This document shows, in pieces, positions 1 to 11,013 of a DNA stretch of 64,000 nt. The DNA is from Chiloscyllium plagiosum (Eukaryota). Under the pieces are notes generated by a model, which was not told the DNA's origin, ran no database searches, and saw only the letters and a program-made list of their open reading frames with translations. The position numbers were made by a program, and so were the translations under genes. Where the stretch lies: positions 13,988,485 through 14,052,484 of the forward strand of contig NC_057753.1 of NCBI RefSeq assembly GCF_004010195.1, written 5' to 3'. Each line of letters opens with the position of its first letter. The first letter of the stretch is position 1.

Positions 1-3000
1 GGACCTTCTGGTTAATTAAATTAAAAGTAGGAGAAATGGCTCTTCAAATTGCTAAAGAGGTTCTCTGGTTTCAAGATGGTTTTCAAAATTACTAAGAAAG
101 TTTAGAAGGAAATAAAAAGGCCATACCTTTAGATTTTGCAAATAAAAAGTCAAGTTTGTGTTTAACAATGGCAAAAGTAAAGCTGAAGATTTGAGGGAAA
201 TACTCAAACACTCAGGTATGTCAGAGAAACAGAGAAGTACAGTTGGAAAAAAAATTAAATTGCAATTGAGGAAAATTTAGTTAGAAGATGAACAAAGAGA
301 GAGAGAAAATAGAGAGTGGGAGAGAAAGAGGGAGGGACGAGAGAGAGGGAGGACAAGGAGAGAGAGAAGATTCTTAGCTGAGCAAAGAAAGAGAGATGAA
401 AGGGAGAGAGAGAAGAGAGAGAGAAAAGAGAAAGAGAGATACGTTTCTTAGCTGAGCAAAAACAGAGACAATTTGACCTTAAGAAATTGCGACTTAGTCA
501 GCAAAGTCAGTTTAACAGAATGGAGTTAAAAGAGAAAATAGTGATATACACAAATATGTCAAAACTCTGTCCCACTTTGAGAAGAAAGATGTTGAAACCT
601 TCTTTATTTCATTTGTAAAATTGGCTCGGCAGATGGAGTGATGAGAAGATTGATGGGTAATGCTAGTTCAGACTGAATGGTTAGCAGAGCTCGTGAGGTA
701 TTTGTCCTGCTGTCAGATCAGGGGTCTTGAGAATATGAAGTGGTCAAACAGGTTATTTTAATTGCTTATCAATTTGTTTCAGAAGCATGCGACAGCATTT
801 CAGAGACAAAAAGTTGGAAGCACGTCAGATTTATGTTGAGTTCGAAAGAATTGTGCAGAGTATTTTTGATAGATTGGTACGGCTTTAGAAATAGATAAGG
901 TTAATGAAGCTTTAACAGAGATTATGTTGCCGAAGGAGTTTAAAAAAAACCTCACTTCCAGAGATGATAAGAATTCTCGATTGGGAACAGAAATTTCAGG
1001 AAGTGAGAAGGGCAGCACAATTGCAGAGCTATACATGCTGGAGCAGAAGACCAGTTTCCAGCCAGAATTTCGCCGTGTGATGGACAGAAGATTGGAGAAG
1101 CGAAGATCGTATGCTACTAAGGAAAGAGTAGAGAACACTGGGAACAGGTTACCACAGTTTAGAAACATGTGCAAGGTAGGGAAATGAGGTGAAAGGCCTC
1201 ATGTGTTCACACTGTGGTGAAGTGGGGCACCTAAACTCACAATGCTGATTGGTAAATAAAGGCATTGTGGGAGAAGATGTGGTAAAAGATGCTAAGCCAG
1301 TGGAGTTAGTGAAAGTTGGAAAGGAAACCCCAAGAAGAGTCGCAGAGTTGCAGGAGAGTCCATAGGCGCGGCAGGGGCTATGTATGGAAGTAATATCTGA
1401 CCTCTGTAAAGAATTAGCCTGTGTGGGCGATGCTTACTCAGAAAGAAAGGGGGAGAAAGGCAAGAAGTTATGTTTTTGATAGAGAAAGGATCTAACCAGT
1501 CTTTGATAGTACAACAAAGCGAATTTGCACTCTTGCTGATTTGTTAACTGAGAGTATTGTAATTTGTAAGCGACATGGACAGAAGCTTAGCGTTTCCCTC
1601 TCGATTGCCAACTCAAGGCCCTATGTATAAGTAACAGTGGGAGTAATAGACAGAGTTTCAGTTCCAGCATTCCAGTTTGCTCATGTGAATAATTTAGTAG
1701 GGTAAAGGTGGGAGTGGCATTCCTTGTTGTGAGAAGCCCAAGGAAGACAAAGAAACTGAGGAGTTAAATAGAAATATTCTGGTATTTTCACAGACTGTGT
1801 CATAAACAGATCCCACTATCATAAATCAAAGCACGAAGCAAAAACTAAAGATAAATATGAAAGGTTTCTGGGTCAGTTAGCGGACACCCCGCTTGATGCA
1901 ATAGTGCAGGAAAACCTGGACAGGCCAAGAGTTAGACAGAAGTGTTTCGTCCTGAAATGCTCAGGAACTTGCAACAGCAAGACCGTATCATAAAAGATAA
2001 GTATGTGGATGCGTACTCCGAATGAAGACAGAGAATGTTCCGGAGGGTTATGACCTGAGAGATGGCATCTGCAGAGGGAAATGGAGACCACAGTAGGTTA
2101 GTGCAGAGGGGAAATGTGTCTAAGTGCAACAGACTATATTGCCGGTAGCAGACAGACAGGAAGTCTTATAGAAGTGCATGTAAGTAGTCAGCTACGGGGT
2201 ATGAAAGACTCAGGCTAATGTATAACAACATTTTTTATTGATCTGGAATGCACAAGAGTGTATTTAGTTTTGCCAATCGCTCCCTACATGCCAAAGGGTA
2301 GGTGGGCCACTGGTGGTAATAAAACCAGCACCTTTGTTGCCACTTCTCTCATGTTCGGAACATTTCATACAGGTTATGATTGGCTGTGTTGATACTCTCC
2401 AAGAACTGGAGAGAATGAATTGGACAAAAAGGTGTTAGCTACTGCTCTGCAGAGTGATGAATCAAGTCCAGATTGTAAGGACTTTGACATGCCTCAAAAT
2501 ATGTTATAAAGTGAGGAAGTCCTTGAGCATTAGGGGAGGTTAGTTAGCTATCTGTCTCAGGAGCATAGAACACAGCTGAAAAGTTTGCTACTTCAGTATG
2601 AGGATATATTAAAGAATCAGATGGGGAGGAATAACGCGATTATACATGAGGCTGACGGAGGGAATATTGGCCCATTAAAACAACACCCTTATCAGCATAG
2701 TCCTTTCAAAGTCAGACATATCTAGACGGAGGTGGAGGCCATGCTCAATGAGGATATCAGTGAGGAGGATAAAGTGAGGCCTGCAGAAGCTGGGGATCAG
2801 AATCGAGATGTGGTGTTGGAAAAGCACAACAGGTGAGGCAGCAATGGCCGAGCAGGAGAATCTACGTTTTGGGCAAGAGCCCTTCATCAGGATTGGCTTT
2901 TTATCTAACCAAAGCGAATTGCGTTTGTTGATTGTCTTAGTTCCCAACTGGAGGGGATTCAACAATATTTTCTGCATTATTGGTCCACGTCCTTACAAAA

Positions 3001-4183
3001 TTGGACTCATATCCAAGTTTGCAATACTGAATCAAGGATGTTGGACAGACCAGTATATCACCAATTTAGCGATTCCTCTTGTTTACTGGCAGGTAAATTT
3101 AACACAGACGTTGGAAGCAATTTCTGCATTTGTAACCCCAATTGGGTTATACCAATTTAAAGTGATATCTTTCGGAATGAAGAATGCACCGCCAGATTCC
3201 AAAGAATCATGAACAGAGTTGTAGCTGGGTTAGCAAAACGTGCAGTCGATTTGTACTACGTCGTGATCTTTAGTAAGTCCTGAAAAGATCACATGGTAAA
3301 TTTGGCAGAGAACTTTGAGTTACTACGAGAAGCAAAACTGGTAATAAATTTAAGCAAAACACAATCCACGAAAGCAGTGGTGGCGTTCTTGAGACATAAC
3401 GTCGGTAATGGAAGTTTGTCACCATAGAGTGCAAAGACGAAGGCCGTCGAGGAATTTCCACATTCAAGAAAGAGGTGCTTCCAGATTTGGCACTCAGTGG
3501 ATTCTATCGGAAGTTTGTTCCAAACTTCAGCCCTGCAGTGGCATTGTTCACCGATTTGCTGAACAAGAACACAATGTTTAGGTGGGCAGAACAATGCTGG
3601 GAGGCATTCGACCATTTGGAAGCAATATTAAACACCGCACCAGTTTTTGCGGCACCAAACTTTTCAAAACCTTTCAACATTGTCATCGACGCTGGTGACA
3701 TAAGCTTTGGAGCTGTACTGCTACAGGAAGTTGATGATCGGTTTGAACTGCCATTTGGTTACTTTTCAAAGAAACCTAACATCCACCGGAAGAAATGCTT
3801 TACTGTCTAAAAAGTACTATTGAGTTTGGTACTGGCCTTGCAACATTTTAATGTGTATGTCACAAACAATGTGCTGGAGAAGGTAGTGTCCAGGATCATA
3901 AATCTCTTGTATACTTGGAACACCTTGAAGACATGAACATGAGACTATTTTTCAGTTATGGTCATTTAATTTTCAAATTGTACATGTTGCGGATCATAAG
4001 AATGCTCTAACTAATAAAGCATAGATAAGATTCATGTCTAATCAATGTTTTATGCATACTTGGGAAAAAGTTGTATGAACTTCGATTAAAGTTACATGTA
4101 ATTCATGATATTCTGGGTCAGGAATAGAGAAAATAACAAGCCAACCTTTCATGTAACGGTTCTTTTTTTGGTCTGGGGAGAGG
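1..4183 (+). mobile_element. Decayed Gypsy LTR retrotransposon internal region (Gmr1-like, PR-INT-RT-RH order), 5' part outside window
   Basis: Gag-like PHFEKKDVETFFISF (~570) and YEVVKQVILIAYQFVSEACRQHFR (~735-805); CCHC knuckle CSHCGEVGHLNSQC (~1203-1244); integrase H2C2/IKPAPLLP remnants (~2170-2400); RT KQHPY and FGMKNAP (~2680-3190); RNase H/connection FYRKFVPNFS...DAGDISFGAVLLQ (3500-3730); purine tract GGGGAGAGG directly before the LTR. Many stops and frameshifts. Confidence 0.85.
2768..2892 (-). mobile_element. Short non-autonomous Penelope-related repeat nested in the Gypsy RT
   Basis: Diverged copy of the element at 18369 and 57883; minus strand reads CTGATGA-A-GGGC-TCTT-GCCC-AAAAC, a hammerhead-like core with GAAA mutated. 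Confidence 0.7.
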
Positions 4184-4923
4184 TGTTATGAAGATGGAGA
4201 TGTGCAATGTGCCTTTAAGAAATTTGAAAAGCCAGCAAGGACTGACAAAGCACAGAGACTTCTGATCAAACTAAGAATCGTTTGATTCTTGGTCCAAAGA
4301 AGTTGCTACAAGTGAATTGCCAAGAAACAAAAACATCTTTAAATTCGGCCAACCAGTTTAAATTATGCCCCAAGAAACCAAAATCGAAACAAATTTGAAT
4401 GCAGTATTTTGATAATACTAAAACTAACGAAACAATTCGATATTTTGGGTAAAAAAAGCAGACATTCTGAACGTTTATGGTAGAATTGCCAAGGACCAAC
4501 ATTTTGACTGCTAACTGAAGAACTCTCTGTAAGGTACCTGTCCATAAGAGGTTTGCAAGCACATCATTGAAACCGACCAAGAGAAAATCTACAGGTGAAA
4601 ATCTACAAAGGAGAATCGACAAAGCTGACTGGTTTTGAAAAAGCAATTTCGTTTTTGTGATTCTTAATCAGGATTTTTTTTTATATCAGACCAGTGTTGT
4701 AGAATGTGAGGTATGAATAGGGTTAGGAGAAAAAAGTTGTAAATAGTTGTTGATTTTAATATTCTCTGTTGGATGCAAAGAATAAAATTGTTAATTTTTA
4801 CTCTAAATAGTGATCTCTGGGATCGGTCTTTGACTCACAAACTTAAACAGATTACAGCATGAGGGAACCTTTTTCTGTGTGGCTGCTGTAAATTAACAAA
4901 GGAGTTTATCCCGTGTCGCAACA
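4184..4923 (+). mobile_element. Gypsy 3' LTR (unit A)
   Basis: Starts TGTTATG right after the polypurine tract, ends ...GCAACA, contains AATAAA (~4781). Confidence 0.8.
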
Positions 4924-5059
4924 ACAATACATAAAAGTTGTTGCTGCATAGAATTCGTCTGATTCTGTTCAGTCTTATACGTCTCATCATTATCATCTCT
5001 CAGAAGATTTTGTAGGTCTCTCCCAATCAGGGTGCAATTGTTCATGCTTCTCAGTGTGA

Positions 5060-5075
5060 TGGCGCCCTCTGGTGA
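5060..5075 (-). promoter_or_regulatory. Candidate CTCF-binding element just 3' of the psiV RSS relic
   Basis: Minus strand TCACCAGAGGGCGCCA matches the CTCF core consensus CCASYAGRKGGCRS except at the first base; ~27 bp from the nonamer at 5103-5111. Confidence 0.65.
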
Positions 5076-5102
5076 TCACTGGTAAGTGGAACTCTCAGGG
5101 TG

Positions 5103-5827
5103 GATTTTTGTATGAGATCCGCTCTATTTGTTAATTTCACTACAGTTCTGACTGGCACATAGACACATGATACTATAGGAGATGAGGATATTCCTAACTT
5201 GTGGTTTAGTTATGTTGGCAGTTTTGTTCGGCTGAGAGGAAAATATATTACTGATGCAATATTCCTTCTGCACACTGCTCCCAGTATGTCGACCCTGGAA
5301 CTGTGGATGCTGCTTGTACTACAATAAGTAATTTTACATAACATCTCTTCAAATCGCAGCTTGGGAGATGTTCTTTCCCCCGTGAACTGTCATTTCAGCA
5401 AATGGCTGTTCAATTGCAAACTGATGACTCCATTTCAACATATGGAAATTAGTTTACATAAAGCGAGAATCTGCGCCAAAATCAGATTGATCAACACAAT
5501 AGCCACATTCACTGTTGTTCGACTAACAATTCGAAATGCAACAATGAGTTCTGCTTCTGATATGGACATAGCTTTTGAGAACGGATACAATGCTGAGCAA
5601 CTGTGAATCACATTTCCACATGTTGATTCCGGTCTCAGTAGATCTGCAGTGATGTAAGTTCGCTGTCAGAGCAGAAATACAGATCCCTGCCACACTTTCT
5701 TGCTGATCCAATCAATGGCGAGATTAGCGTAGCGGCAGAGATCTCCCCAGGAACAAAACATAGCACGAGAGAAGGAGACGGTTGATATCTGAATAGCAGG
5801 AAATGCAAGCCGGGGGCAGGATACCAT
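5103..5827 (-). pseudogene. Antigen-receptor V pseudogene A (inverted)
   Basis: Minus-strand translation across frameshifts: WSHQFAIEQPFAEMTVHGGKNIS..SC...L*YKQ...VRNILISYSIMCLCASQ; nonamer ACAAAAATC (5111-5103); leader-like MVSCPRLAFPAIQISTVSFS from the ATG at 5827. Splice acceptor lost and RSS spacing abnormal. Confidence 0.75.
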
Positions 5828-7329
5828 GCAGTCTAAATTTGACGATGCGTTCGGTAGATCTTCAACGTACACGGAGCTGGCTGAGTGGAACTAATGATGG
5901 TTACTTTTCCAATTTGTGACCTGTTCTGTATACATGAACCAGATTGCCCCTCATGTTTCAATAATCTATTCCTTGCGTTGATGCTACAGGGTGTTGTAAC
6001 ATTAACCAAATGAAGTTTTAATTGGAGGAAATAACATTTTAGGACATAAAGGCCATTTCTACTGTAGTAGATTGGGGAATGAAGAATCGTCCAACAAGGG
6101 CAGAACATCAGAAAATATAACGTCCAGCCTTTCCACCATTTCTGCTCCACACATGGTTACCAGCAAGTATTCAATGCTCCAATTCCAGAACGTAAATAAT
6201 GAATTAAGCAAGAGCAAGACAACATGAGGGAATGTGCTTTTCAAGGGCAAATGGTGGTGTCGTAGTAATGTCACTGCTCCTTCAAATTAAGAAGCTCAGA
6301 CTAAAGTTTCGCAGGCAGAATGCCTGGCACAATGCAAATTCAGGCAGTAAAAATCTGAAATCAGCTAGCCCAAGTAGCGTTCGACGTGCAAGTCTAATGG
6401 GTTTGTTGTATCCTGACACCATTTAGAGGAAGAATGATGATAAACCTATATTGTGTGGCGTGCATTTGACTGCACATATAGCCAGTGATATTAACTCTCT
6501 TTTGCTCTCTGAGAAGTCTTTGCAAGAACTCTTTTCCAGATGAATACTGTCTCTCACAGCAACATCCTCAACTCATGACGGAATGAAAATAAAAAGAAAA
6601 GTTACCGAATGAAGAACCCTTCTAAATTTTGTTTAAGTTACAGACTGTATTTTAAAACATATCAGCTGTCACTGCAACGTACGTTTTGCCAAACATATGT
6701 CTGTAGCAAAGTGATGAAGGGTCACAGTTCACTAAGAGAAGACATTCTTCCTCGTCTCTGCTTTCCCTTGCGCCTTTTTTTCTGAAACTCTACATTCTAG
6801 ACCTAGATTCTTACATGAATGGAAGCATTCTCTAAGTATTTACTCTGACAATTCCGTAATGGTGATAGCCCCAATCCTATATGTTTGAATAAGGTGACGT
6901 CTCATTACACTGAACTGCTATCTGTACAGTTTAAAATCATTTTTCAGTCTCGGGATCATCCTAACGAATCCTCTCTCAATTGACTCCAATGAAACATTAC
7001 CCTTATTTAAATAAGAGGATCAACAATGCTCCCATAACACCAATTGTGATGCCTCTAGTGACCTGCACAGTTACATTGAAAATTTCCTGCCCTAAAACTT
7101 CAAGCCACTTGACATATTACCTGATTCAAGTAACCACTAACTGTCTGTGTTCCAGACACATGAACCCAAACGTCTCTTAGTTTTGCAAATTTCTGCACTT
7201 TCTGTCCAATTGAAAAAGAACACTGTTGTTTACTCTTCTTTCCAAAATGAATGTTTTCACACTATACTTCAAGTACTAATATATTGCCCACTTGCAAATC
7301 TATTAACTCTCTTCAACCAGTTGTTTTTC

Positions 7330-7790
7330 TCTCAGTTTGTGTTTCTACAATGTTGCATCATGTGTAAATTTGGCTACAATGCATTCACTTTCTTTCTCCA
7401 AGGAATGTATATTTGCATATTGCAAAAAAAAAGAAAAATTCAATCTCTGAATTCTGTTGCATCTCACTAGTTCCAGGAAGCCAGGCTGAAAAAGAACAAT
7501 TTTCCCCACTTGCGTTTTCCTGCCTATCAGCCAAATCTTCATCCACAGCAATGTTTCAATTGCAACACATTGAGTTCTCATTTTCTGACAAACCATTCTA
7601 AGGTACTTTGGCAAAAAAAATCCTGGTACTCCTAAACGACACATATACCTGATATCCACTAATCAGTCGATGTGCATTTGCCTCAAAACACTCTGAAAAA
7701 TTAGTCAGTGATAATTTCACATTCGTGAATCATCACCAACTTTCCAAATGTGCTGGCATACATTCCCTCAAAATCTGTTGCAACAATTTT
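7330..7790 (-). mobile_element. Ancient CR1-like LINE RT fragment, present in all three units (also ~15930-16370 and ~27110-27540)
   Basis: Degenerate RT remnants (VAKFTHDATL resembling ISKFADDTKL; LLWMKIWLIGRK resembling WIxNWLxxRKQ). Confidence 0.55.
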
Positions 7791-9806
7791 CCATATGGGA
7801 AACACAAGTAGAAATGGCTGCAAAAATTCAGCAGATCTGGCAACATCTATGGAAATAGAGCTAATATTGTGAGTCAGGTGACCCTCTGCAGAACAGAATA
7901 TTGGACTCAGAATGTTAACTCTTTCTGTTTTGCTGATTCACCGTGAACACAAAACAGGAAAAGGCTATGTTGAAAGTTTGGATTGAGTTTGCTTTTGAAC
8001 TTTGTTGAGTATTTCCTGTCAGAAAGTGATCGCCTGAAAAACAGGTTTATTCTACTTGCTGGTAAACGTTAGTAAAGAGTCTACAATCGCCCAGCCGCAA
8101 CAAAAACCTTTCACGTGAAGCAGCATCAATTAAAACCCAGTGAAATACGTATCGTGCTTATTATGAACTGTCAGATAGTCGGTTAAATTATTATGAATGT
8201 CAACACGTGGTTTTGTTTTGGTAGAGAAGCTCCCACACTTTATCATGTCATATCTACTGCTCATGAACTGGTATTCCTGCACAGCCTATCAATCAGTCCC
8301 AACTTCAGTGGCACTATATGAGGCAGTCAACTTATTAACGACACCACTGAGTTTAAATCATTATTACAACAGTGATCTTTTAGAGGCCATAATTCATTAC
8401 CTGCCCGACGTTCAAGTGTGTATGCACAGACACGTTAACGGGAATCTTTGGCACTCATAACATCAAACTATGGGCAGTTTCACTTCATTCTGGGCATCTC
8501 CTATATAGAAGCAATTGAATGGATAACATTGAGTTCAACTTCTACCCTTGGCCCTCAGATATCAGGAACTGGAGAATAAACGAACAGTGAGCAGGTGGCT
8601 GTCAGCTGCTAAGTATGTCAACAATTAACCAATCGGCAGAGACTCATGATTTTATTAAATGTTAACTCCATTCTTGAGTGTAACAATTGTAATGTCAGCT
8701 TCCATTATGCAAATTCACATCAACTGCGTCCAAACAGGGACGTTACTTTATTTTCAGTCTTTACAACTTCAGCTCTCAAAAGTGGTAACTTATTATAACA
8801 TCGACATACTTCTCCATCCAGGCATCCCTGACATCCTTTACATGTGTTGTCTGCATATTTTGAAAAAGATGAGTTACCAGATAATACCAGATCAGTTGTG
8901 CAATTGTAACTTTATGCAGGTTCGAAGATGTGCAATCAGCGATAATCAAAAAAAAAATCCTAAAAGTTATTCGAATACGTCAGCTGCACATTCATTGCAA
9001 ATAGATCATAAGAATCGGGATAAAACTCCAATAAGCTTGATTTACATTCCTAACTTGCTCACTTCCGAACTTCGTAACTGGCGATGTTATCAGAGCTGAG
9101 GATGTCTCGATTTTCTGTTTTCTTTGCCTGTTTAAAAAATTGGGGCAATTCTACCAACAGTGATCTGTGGATGCCTGTCAGAACAATATATTACTGAAAA
9201 CTGAGAGTGACAATGACAAGACTCAAGAGGGAGCATCGCACAAAACTACTCCACCTTCGCACAAATTGAACAGCTGAAAGGCTGTGCAGGGAGAAACATT
9301 GACCAGCAATTAACAAAGAGACTGCTTGCTCCTGTGAAACCGAAAAAAAACAATGAACGCGTTTTCCGATGTAAATTAATTCCACAGTGAGCAATTGGCA
9401 GATTAAATATGGTGGAGTTAATAGAACTCGCCTCTAACATACATTGACTATTGCCCATTTTTGTTTTGTTGCTGCTAACATGGAGGGAGAAGGGATAATG
9501 TTTCCCTCGTATGTCACGCATAGTTTATCAGACGACACCACTTTCTAAACTCAACTGACTAGTGCCAGTGAGTGAAAAAGGAATTTCAATTTCAACAAAT
9601 ATATTTTCTTCTTGGAAATGACATATTTCGGACCATTAAGTGGCCAAAATGCTCAGTTTCAGGTAAAATGTCTTTGCTTACTCATTTGATACTCTACTTA
9701 TTACAGTATCCCATTAATTTCTCTTTTCTGACATAGACACAGACTTATGGTTATTGACATCATCAAACTATCAGACTCGAGTCATTCTATCGCATAATCC
9801 TCAGGA

Positions 9807-9816
9807 AATGACATCA
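9807..9816 (+). promoter_or_regulatory. CRE-like decamer in V1 promoter
   Basis: AATGACATCA about 95 bp upstream of the leader ATG; the same position in V2 reads AGTGACATCA and in V3 AATGACATCA; resembles the TCR V-promoter decamer AGTGAYRTCA. Confidence 0.6.
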
Positions 9817-9909
9817 ATTGAACACAGCCAATGCTGTCAATTTTTACTTATCTCACGCTCTGCAATGTTGTGAGGTATTGGAACATCGCTAGCATCAGGA
9901 ACAACAGCG

Positions 9910-9955
9910 ATGAGACTCACCGTCCTCTCTCTAGTGTTGATAACATTTCTTGTTG
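9910..9955 (+). CDS. TCR V1 leader exon (L-PART1)
   Basis: ATG...MRLTVLSLVLITFLV-G|GTAAG: hydrophobic signal peptide, 46 nt, phase-1 donor. Confidence 0.92.
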
Positions 9956-10670
9956 GTAAGAACTGAAGTTTATAAGATGGTTTAGTGTTAGATAAATGCA
10001 TTTTTGAAGCAGAATGATCCAGAATATCCAAGCAGGTTGTGCACTTGGATGTGCATTTTTTGTTTCTTTCTTATCTTTCGGCCTGAGATAAAAGGATACA
10101 TGGAAAACGATTTTTGTGGACGATGCTCGAATTTCGAGAATTTAACAGCCAGAAAATAATATGTAAGCTTCTATTCCATTCCCTACTGGGCAGGAGACTA
10201 TAGAGTAATCAAACTGACGTCTTTACAGTGATCAAAAGATCTTAGGCTATGGAAGGGAATATTGCACTTGAGAAGGATTCCATATTGATACATTTAATTG
10301 AAAAACAATAGCGGCACAAGATGATCCAAAACAGACTTCTAAATAAATTTGTTTATCCGCAGCATGTCTAGAATCTGGCTGTTGTTACCACAAGGACTTT
10401 TTGAGACAATAGGAAAATCGATTTTTAGGCAAGTGGATAAAATGAGGGAAGTAGAAATGATTGGGGATATTTACAGATAGGATTACAGGGAGAAATAAGC
10501 ACGATGCTTTTTACTTTCAGCTATATGAAAATGAGTGTGACGTGCCAAATGGACTTATTGTTACTTTGAATTCGGTCTAAATTTCGTTTACACCGTGAAA
10601 TTCCATCTTCAGTTCAGTTTATTTGCATATTTCTTTACTGATTTCCGTATTCCATAACATTGTCTTCCAG

Positions 10671-10974
10671 ATTTGAGCGATGGAGATTCTGTCACTCAGC
10701 GGGAGCCCTATCTCACACAGACTGAGGGAGAAGATGTCACTTTAAACTGCACCTACACTGGAAGCCCTAATTATGTCTTCTGGTACTTTCAGTATCCAGG
10801 CAGACAGCTCGAGTTCGCAATCAGGATGTATACGAGTACTGATACTGAAACGAAGGCGGATTTCGTTCAGACCCGATTTTCTTCTGCCCTCCAGCATGCA
10901 GGGAAGTTGTACCAATTGACAATTTTCGACGTCCTTCTGTCTGACACCGCAGTATATTACTGTGCAATGACTCT
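10671..10974 (+). CDS. T-cell receptor alpha/delta-type V exon (V1), apparently functional
   Basis: Acceptor tgtcttccAG; in frame with the leader: DLSDGDSVTQREPYLTQTEGEDVTLNC...VFWYFQYPG...LTIFDVLLSDTAVYYCAMTL; Cys23, Trp41 and Cys104 present; no stops. Confidence 0.93.
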
Positions 10975-11013
10975 CACTGTGATGTGAACCAGCTGAAGCC
11001 TCGTACAATAACT
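10975..11013 (+). other. V1 recombination signal sequence (23-RSS)
   Basis: Heptamer CACTGTG (10975-10981), exactly 23-nt spacer, nonamer ACAATAACT (11005-11013). Confidence 0.92.

Noticed and set aside
290-445. GA-rich tract as an independent satellite
   Set aside because: Lies within the Gypsy gag coiled-coil (ERE-rich) region.
8100-8108. Perfect nonamer ACAAAAACC
   Set aside because: No CAC heptamer 12 or 23 nt upstream, and not conserved in units B or C.
9384-9390. CACAGTG upstream of V1 (also ~29147), plus isolated heptamers at ~38416 and ~39700
   Set aside because: No nonamer at 12 or 23 spacing and no FGxG J motif or paired RSS; not D or J segments.
10742-11008. Antisense ORFs over V1 and V2 (10742-11008, 19444-19833)
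   Set aside because: Shadow ORFs of the V exons with no recognisable product.
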